64,000 nt of DNA from the human T2T-CHM13v2.0 reference genome, Homo sapiens, in NCBI RefSeq assembly GCF_009914755.1, contig NC_060925.1. One strand, written 5' to 3'. Position numbers and translations under genes: made by a program. The first letter of the stretch is position 1. The number at the start of each line of letters is the position of its first letter. The notes under the pieces are model-generated. The model was not told where the DNA came from. It was given only the letters and a program-made list of their open reading frames with translations, and ran no database searches. Shown in pieces: positions 55,822 to 64,000 of the stretch.

Positions 55822-56132
55822 ATGGCTGAGCTCCTGATTTCATTCTAAAAGAGGGTAAGCTGTCACTAAACGCTAGCTAGCACCATCCGCCTTTTGCAAA
55901 ATGACTGGGTAATCTCCAAAGCCTCGGAAAGCCGGAGCAGTCAGAGCGACGAATCTACTTGTTTGTCAAGCTTGAAACCTGTGCACTGAGTGATTCCGAA
56001 ACGCCCCGCACCCCGCCTTGCCCCCTCACCTGCCTCAGAAGCCGGCGCTTCCGGAGATGCCGGGATCGCGACTCCTGTTAGAGCGACTTGGGCCCCAGGG
56101 AAGCTGAAACGCCCAGGGTGCTCAATTAGGAC

Positions 56133-56705
56133 TTGTTGAATTAATAATACATTTCAGAGACTGAATATACAATCGAACAATGGCCGGACTGTACGTAAAA
56201 ATATAACTCTGATCCACAACCTGGGGCCACCTGCCCAAGAAATCAACTTCCTTATCTACGAATAAACAACCGGGGAAGCCAGCCTGCTATTACATAAGTC
56301 AGACTCACAGGGAGCCAGGCAGTTATCTGTAGTAACAAACAATAACATCCATAATAATCGGCTCCAAATGGCAAGAGCTTGGTTAGTAACTGACACTTTC
56401 CCTAATTTATGTTCCCACTTGCAACTTAGGACCAACCAGGGAAAGCCAAATATGCACCCCTAACCAAGCACACTGGATGTCCCCCTTCTAGTTAGCCCAC
56501 AGGCAGCTTCCCCACACCAGCAGTCTCCAATCAGGGCACACCTGAAGCCTTCCCTTTCCTCAGCTATAAAGCTGTCCCACTCCTCTACCTGCCTTCTAAG
56601 CTCTGTCAAAATGCAAGTGCCGGTGGCTGATGCCGGTGGCTGTCGCCCTTGCGTCAGAATAAATAACCATTGCTTTTTTCATTTGATGGGCCTTCGTTTT
56701 CACAC
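56133..56705 (+). mobile_element. ERV solo LTR (family not resolved)
   Basis: Starts TG, contains CCAAT, TATAAA and AATAAA, ends near CA. It interrupts the Asn-His cassette relative to the 14-15 kb copy. Confidence 0.6.
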
Positions 56706-56918
56706 TTTGTCATCTTTAAGCTTTTAGCCCTTTGAAGGATTCTGAGACTGGAAAATAAATGAAAGGATTTTTCAAAGGGGGAAGTTCTTTTTTTAAAGGC
56801 TTTATTCTGGTCAATTGATTTCCAAGTGTGCAATGTCCCATGGGGTAGGCCACAAAGAGGCCTAGAGTGCGCCATCTGTGCGGCTGCAGCTCCTGGCTCT
56901 CAACAGAACTGAGATCTA

Positions 56919-57128
56919 AGTCCTCATGATCTGATCAGCTTCCGAGGGCCTAAACCTCCTATTACCACCAACTTGGGGATTAGGAGTTCAACAAATAAAT
57001 TTGGTGAGGGGACGCAGACACACAAACATTCAGACCATAGCAATGCATAAAGGTAGCTCATCACTGAAGTTTTAATTTGTGTTTCCCTAACGAGTAATGA
57101 TTTTGAACATTTTTCTTACGTCTTTTGG
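56919..57128 (+). repeat. About 210-bp near-identical copy of 58828-59038
   Basis: Both copies run agtcctcatgatctgatcagcttcc...tcttttgg with only a handful of differences. Confidence 0.95.
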
Positions 57129-57417
57129 GGTCAGTGGGCAAGATCAGGAAAGGGGCAGGGACCAAAGGAGACATGAAGAGGGAAACAGCAGGGACAATGA
57201 CACCTCCCAGGAGACTTGTGCAGAGGCAAAGGCTGGATCCTGAGAGATGAGAATTGTTTTTGTCATGTATTTGAATGGGAAGAAATAGAAAAAGGACATG
57301 AAAGAGAAAAAACACAAGAACTTGTAGCTATCCAAGAACAAAACAGGAAAATATCGTGGATATTTTTTCATCAAAAATATTAAAAGCAGCCCACTGGCAA
57401 CCCCAGGTTTATGGTGC

Positions 57418-57489
57418 ACCATGATGATATAATAGTTAGTGCTCTTCATTGTGACCGAAGCAACCTTGGCTGGAATTGGAGCCACAGTA
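57418..57489 (+). pseudogene. tRNA-His(GTG) pseudogene, copy 4
   Basis: accatgatgatataatagttagtgctcttcattgtgaccgaagcaaccttggctggaattggagccacagta, 72 nt, colinear with tRNA-His. Confidence 0.8.
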
Positions 57490-57999
57490 GCATCTGGCTT
57501 CCTTCTTGGCAAGATTTGGTATGTGTTACAGTTTCACTTTTTAAATCCCCTTACCAACTGCACCCAGTAGCTGTGGTCAGAAAGCAGAGTTTACTGTGTC
57601 TCCCTGTGACGCAGTCAGGACAAGAGAAGGAAACCCCCACAGTGCACTAACCTACGGCAGAATCTTTGGGGAAGGTTAGAAGGGACCGTGTGTCTGAGCA
57701 TGTGCAGGAACCATCTCAAAAGGTAAAGCCCTGACTCTTCAGGAGCCTTGTCTGTAGCTTCAACTGACATAATGGTGTGGTAATAACCATTTTTCTGGCT
57801 GAGATATTTCAAAGGTCAGTAAGGCCTTTTTAGATGCAATGACAATGAGCTTTGTATGAGTTCTCATTCAACAGGGTATTTTACAATAAAATCTGATCAT
57901 ATAAAACCCAATAAATGTAATAGAACCTAAACTTGATGCCATCCTCCACCTCCCCCACCTAATTATTTGGCGGGGGAACGGGAGCGCTAATAGTACATT

Positions 58000-59390
58000 A
58001 TTGAAGTATAATTCACATAGAGTAACATGCACAAATCTTAAGGGCATAGAAACGTAACCATCGCCTAGATCAAGTTATAGAAAATTTCCATCAGCCCAGA
58101 AAGGTCAATAACCTCCTTTAGATTCCCATCCACCTTCCTTTCACTTAGACAAACCATTCTGATTTCTATCTTCACAGACGAATGTTGACTGCTTCTGAAA
58201 TTCACATAAATGAATATACTTTTTTGTGTCTGACTTCTAATTTCCTGCAGCATAATGTTTTTGAGATGCATCCATGTTTTTAGTATATTATTTTGGTGTT
58301 ATTGATGACTGTTATTTCTGTGTGGATGACTGGGTTATTTCCAATTCTGGCTCTCGTGAACAAAGCTGCTATATTCTAGTACAATTCTTTCTGTAGACAT
58401 ATGCACCCATTTTTCTTCAGTTTATACCTGGAAGTGGAGTTGCTAGGTCATGGAGTAGGTCTAAATTTAACTTTATTATAAACTGCCAAACAGTTGTCCA
58501 AAATGGTTGTGCTATTTTACCTCCTCACCAGCAACGAGAGTATAGTTACTCCACATTCTTGTCAGTACTTCTTGTCTTTCAAATTTCTTCTATTCAAGCT
58601 GTTAAAATACCTTAAACTGAGTAGCTTACAAACAACAGAAATTTATTTCTCACAGTTCTAGAGGCTGGGAAATCCAAGTTCAAGGTGCCAGCAGACTCTG
58701 TGCCTGATGAGGGCTCACTCTCTGGTTCATAGGCTGTACCTTCTCCATGTGTCCTCACATGGTGGAAGGGCAAACAAGCTCCCTCCAGCCTCTTTTATAA
58801 AGATACTAATCCTATGCATGAAGGCAGAGTCCTCATGATCTGATCAGCTTCCAAGGGCCTAAACCTCCTATTACCACCAACTTGGGGATTAGGAGTTCAA
58901 CAAATAAATTTAGTTGGGGGAGGCAGACACACAAACATTCAGACCATAGCAGTGCATAAAGGTAGCTCATCACTGAAGTTTTAATTTGTGTTTCCCTAAC
59001 GAGTAATGATTTTGAACATTTTTTCTTATGTCTTTTGGCCATTTAGAAATTTTGTGTGTGTGAAGAAAGCCTATTCATGTATTTTGCTCATTTTTAAATA
59101 GCTTGGCTTTTATTATTAATGTCTAAAAGTTCTCTCTAAATATTCAATATTTGAGTTATTTTTCAAATAAGCATACTGCAAATATCTTCTCCCAGTCTTA
59201 ACAAGGCTTGCCTTCTTTCTTGTGGTAATTTTTTGATAAGCAGTTTTTAATTTTGATGAAATCCAATTTTCTTATTTTTTGTGACCTCTAAGACATCTTT
59301 CCTACCCTATGATTGTGAATATATTTTCCTACATTTTCTTCCAGAAACATGTTTTTATTTTTATTTTTAAATCTATAATTCTTCTTAATT
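58000..59390 (-). mobile_element. Old L1M fragment containing a MaLR LTR (about 58590-58951)
   Basis: Antisense L1 3' sequence interrupted by caacagaaatttatttctcacagttctagaggctgggaaatcc...cattcagaccatagca. Confidence 0.75.
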
Positions 59391-59789
59391 TCATCTCCTG
59401 ATCTCAGCACAATGCTTAACCACTATAAAATCCACAACTTGCAGACCAACAGTTCAATCTCCCAGAAACTTGTATAACCCTTGATGTAACATTTACAGTA
59501 GTTTCCTGCTGTGCTCTTTGACAACTATAGATCCTTGCGCTTCCACCCCACTGCCCCCTTGCCTTCTCCCTTCTCTCTCCTCTTTTCACCCCTACAAGGT
59601 GAGAAAACCAGAAAGACCTAAAACTGAGGAGAAGAAAGACCTGGTCTAATCTGTGCTCAAGATATTAGAGCACAAGAAGAAGAAAGACTGGGTCTGATCT
59701 GTGCTCAAACCACACCTGTATTCTGGTTTGTAAGTCTAGTTCTGCCCCTGTGTGGCCTTGGATAAATAACTTAAACTTTATGTGCCTCA

Positions 59790-60164
<375 letters not shown>

Positions 60165-60329
60165 TCAGTTTGCCATTGTTAGCTGTGTCTGGATATGGTT
60201 GACGATTAATTAGTAATCAATCAGAATGATCTTCCTCATTGTCATTTTCCTCTGCATTATTTTTGAAAGCAACTATGCTGATGTTTTGCATCTTAAATTA
60301 GTTTTTCTTCTAAGAATTCCAGTAGATGG

Positions 60330-60557
60330 ACTCATGGAGTATGCCCACTGTTATGTCCAGTTCCTTCTTTCTGCATAAAGTCTCTGAGTTTTATTCACAT
60401 TGTTGAGTATATCAGATGTTCATTCCTTTTTATTGCTGAGTAGTATTCCATTGAACGAATATACCACAGTTTATTTGCCAGTGTCCTGATAATAGACACT
60501 TAGATTGTTTGTAGTTTTGGGTATGTGAATAAAACTGCTATGAACGTTCTTGTTATA

Positions 60558-60601
<44 letters not shown>

Positions 60602-61480
60602 GTACATATGTTTTAAAGTCTCTTGGAAGAATATCTAGGTGAAGAATTGCTAGGAAAAAAATGTTTATGTTTAAATGTATAGGAGACTGTCAAACCAAAG
60701 TGATTATAACATTTTACATTCCCTCTAAAAATGTATGAGTTCTGGGTGTTCCACATCTTCACCAAGATTTGGTGGTTTCTGACTTTATAATTTTGCCATG
60801 CTAAAATGGCGGAGTGGTATCTCAATCTTGTTTAAGTCTATTTCTCTCACAACTAATGATATTGAGCACTCTTTTATGAACTGACTGGCCACTAGTATAT
60901 TTTCTTCTCTGAAATGTCTGTTTAAGCTTTTGCCCATTTTTAAAAATGGGTGTAGGAGCTAATTGTATACTCTGGATACAGGTTCTTGGTCAAATATGTG
61001 TTGTGAATATTTTCTCCTCGTCCATGGCTTGCCTTTTCAGTTACTTAATGGTGTCTTTGGATGAAAAGACATATTTCATATCAACAAAGCCTAATTTATC
61101 ATTTTTCTGTTTTATTTATTTCTCTGTGTAATATTTAGAAAATATTTGCTTTCTGCCAAGTCTTAAAGACATTTTCATGCATTTTCTTCTAAAACTTCAT
61201 AGTTTGTATGGTTTGTTCTGTGATCCAACTCAAATTAGCTTTTGTGTATGTTGTGAGGTAGGGATTGAGATTTTTTTCCTCACTAGTAGATATCTAGTTG
61301 GTCCAGCACTACTCGTTGAAATGACACTTCTTCCCCATTGTATTACTTTAGTACCTTTTTTGAAAAAAAAATCAATTGACCATATAACAAGGATCTGTTT
61401 TAGGTGTCTCACTTCAGTTTCATTTATCAATATGTGTATCCTTTTGCCACATTCACACTGTTTTGTTTATAGTAATAAAC
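60330..61480 (-). mobile_element. Old L1M fragment with (TG)n at 60559-60603
   Basis: ttcattcctttttattgctgagtagtattccattg and downstream antisense L1 sequence. Confidence 0.75.
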
Positions 61481-62349
61481 AGCTTAATAGTAAGTCCTCT
61501 AGGTTTGACACCTCAATAAACCTGAAATGTGTACATCCTATGGTGCCACCATGAAAATCAAGACATGCTGTCACTTAATCTCTCTCATTTCACTAGAGGA
61601 CACATGCTCTCATAAATAATGGTTGACCCCTTAGCCAAAGATCCTCTATTGTACCCTCTGGAGAAAATAAATCTCTAGTTACCTTAAGAGCTGATCTAGA
61701 GGTAAAATGTCTGCAACATTCAGCAATGAATTTAGATTTTCTTTGAAAAAAAGTTCATTTTCAAGGTAGTTTTTTTTGTTTTGTTTTGTTTTGTTTTTTT
61801 TGCCAAAGAATTTCTTTTTTTTCTGTTACTTAGTAGCGTGAAGTACAATGTTTGGTTTGCAATTTCTGTTCTTTGTAGGAAGAAAAACTTTAGTGGAAAC
61901 AACCAGTACTTAAAGACCATTTTATGAGGCTGTCATTTACATATTATCTCTTTTGCTGTTTTTGTTAAAATGATATAAGGTGGGCTTTATATGCTTTCTG
62001 TATAACCTTTGGAATGTGTATTTAAATTAAAAACGTAAAATTAAAATATTCATCCTAGACTCAGGTTAAGTTCCACCAACAGTACACTTAAAATAGGATG
62101 AGCCCAACCTAAGCGTACAACCTACCTGCTTCAAGTGTGTAGTTGGTGTGTGTGATACATTCTCAACAGTATTTGTGTTCCCTGGTGTAGTGATTTTCGT
62201 GTTACTCCCACCCTTGAAAGTCCTCGACTTAAAACCCATCTAGAACATTTCCTTTGCTAAGACTTTAAAGTATTCTTTCTTCAAGTTAAGGGTAGTTTTT
62301 AAATAGTTATCAGTTGCATTCTTGGAATTCACAGAAAGCTTGGGGAGAA

Positions 62350-62900
62350 ACAATCCGACGGCACAAGTTCAAGTGCCCAACGGGGTGGAGAAGGGACTGC
62401 ATACTCACTGGTTGCCAGGCCGAGGTTGTCCGCCTTGCCTGCTTTGGCTGAGACTGGAGACGGAAACTCCATTCAACAGCGACTGGAGGACTGAAACGGC
62501 GCAAGAGGGCGGCTGCCCTTCACCTACTGGTCCCTCCCTGCCTTGGCGCCTTCGGAGTTCGGACTGACCCGGGATGTTGCTGGAGCCGGCAGGAACTGCA
62601 AACTCACCGCGCGCGTCCCTGCACACCCGCACCTGCGCCTCGAGAACTCCTGGCCAGTTGAATACCCGGTCTGCCGCCGAGCTTCGCTGCAGGTCACAGG
62701 AAAGGGGTGCAGGGTTGCGTACCCGGCGGGAGAAGCCGCGCGGAGAGGACCAGGTGCTGCTACTGGCCTCCGAGAAGACAGGCCTAGAGTAGCTGATTTT
62801 GACCTGCAGGGCCAAAGTCTAACGGCGGCCTAAAACCCTAACGTCTGGGCGAGCCGCGGGTAGCGAGTTGAAGCGATCTCTATGCCTTGCTTGTCGTTTG
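62350..62900. promoter_or_regulatory. CpG-rich segment
   Basis: Dense CpG and GC content with no recognisable coding homology. Confidence 0.55.
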
Positions 62901-63757
62901 CCAAAATTCAGACCAAGAAAGAGAATAGTTGTGTGGATCAAAGTCTGCAATTAACCAAAAAAGAAACATGATCCTGTGTTAGCTTACTTAGGAAAAAAGG
63001 AAGAAGGAAGGAAAGAAGGAAGGAAGGGAGGAAAGGTTGGAGGGAGGGAAGAAAGATGAAAAAATCAACCAAAAAAAGAACATAATTTCCTAACTAATCG
63101 GATGTGGGTCATGAGAGAAAGACCTGCGTCCAGTTTTTGGCCTGAACGTGTGGAGGGTGGAGTTGCCATTAACTAACGTGAGAAAAGGCAGGTGTAGTAC
63201 GTTGTAGAGAAAATATCCGGAATTCCGTTCAGGGCCCTGGGGTCTTCCTTGAAAGAGTTTTCCATCCAGGCCGTCTCGGTTTCCGCATCCGTCTGAGTCG
63301 TTTATGATGTCGGGAATGCAGGAATCTGAGTCCTTTATGATGTTGAGGGTGCCACGGTCTCACCCCGGGCGCCTCCCCGCTCCAGCCTCCTCCCGGAAGC
63401 CTGGTGCGCTCTGGCCCCGCCGACCAGCGACAGTCTCTCCACGCGCTGCCGCCTAGCAAAGGCGCATCTTTAGGTCGGTAGTGAGGTGCGGCCGGGACGC
63501 TGCAACTCGCTCCGGGACTTGTAAACCTGGCAGGTGTTCGAGGAGCGCCACTGGCTGGAAGGAAAGGAGAGAGCTCTGCACGTCGCGTGTGGGCTCGCAA
63601 CTTGGAGAAAGCAGGGAGAGGACAGCCTTTTGGGACTATTCCTTGGATGGGCGGGTGGCACCAGGAAGGGTAGATGGAGCTTTCTAGAGGTCAATGTCAG
63701 CGTAATTTCTGCTGAAACAATTGAAGGAGGAAAAAAAAAAAGTATGTGCTTTGTGGT

Positions 63758-63826
63758 TCCCTGGTAGTCTAGTGGCTAAAGTTTGGCGCTCTCACCGCCG
63801 GGACTGGTTGATTCCAGATCAGGGGA
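63758..63826 (+). pseudogene. tRNA-Glu(CTC) pseudogene
   Basis: tccctggtagtctagtggctaaagtttggcgctctcaccgccgggactggttgattccagatcagggga, 69 nt, with deletions in the variable region and T arm that break the B box. Confidence 0.88.
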
Positions 63827-64000
63827 CTGGGTCTCGGCCTCACTGTGAGGTATTGTTCTTTCCTGTGTTTGCCATCTACCACCGCTGTGGCTCAATTATT
63901 TCAAGACTGCTGGAGAAATGGAATTAATGTCGATCCTAACATTTAAGCTATTTATCTAGGATAAATTCCAAATAGTGGAACTGCTAGGTGAAATTTATTG

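Noticed and set aside
59630-59710. Short direct repeat (gaaagac..ggtct.atctgtgctcaa) as a CRISPR-like array
   Set aside because: It has only two units in mammalian DNA, so it is an ordinary tandem duplication.
62310-62833. Overlapping ORFs in the CpG-rich segment
   Set aside because: Such ORFs are expected in GC-rich DNA and no homology was recognised.

Overview
Primate (most likely human) genomic DNA from a chromosome 1 tRNA/U1-variant segmental-duplication region, probably 1q21.2 (placement recalled from gene content, not mapped). Pol III genes: about 12 tRNA genes or pseudogenes. One tRNA-Val-CAC is near-canonical, and there are two Asn-GTT variants, Glu-TTC and Glu-CTC variants, four decayed His-GTG copies and a Val head fused to an Alu. 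Two loci are anticodon-switched: a Glu body reading GAA and a Gly body reading CAC. Other RNA-derived or coding-like loci are a U1 snRNA variant with its own promoter, a TSD-flanked SNU13 retrocopy and a FAM231-family ORF. The minus strand (35.4-49.8 kb) carries a 7-exon, diverged PDE4DIP (myomegalin) paralog with an Olduvai/DUF1220 exon pair. Its spliced frame is broken by only one visible 1-nt frameshift. The rest is an ERV1 5' end (LTR, PBS, dead gag), a long L1, other LTRs, a MADE1 element and many Alus. Most short ORFs in the supplied track are repeat-derived noise.
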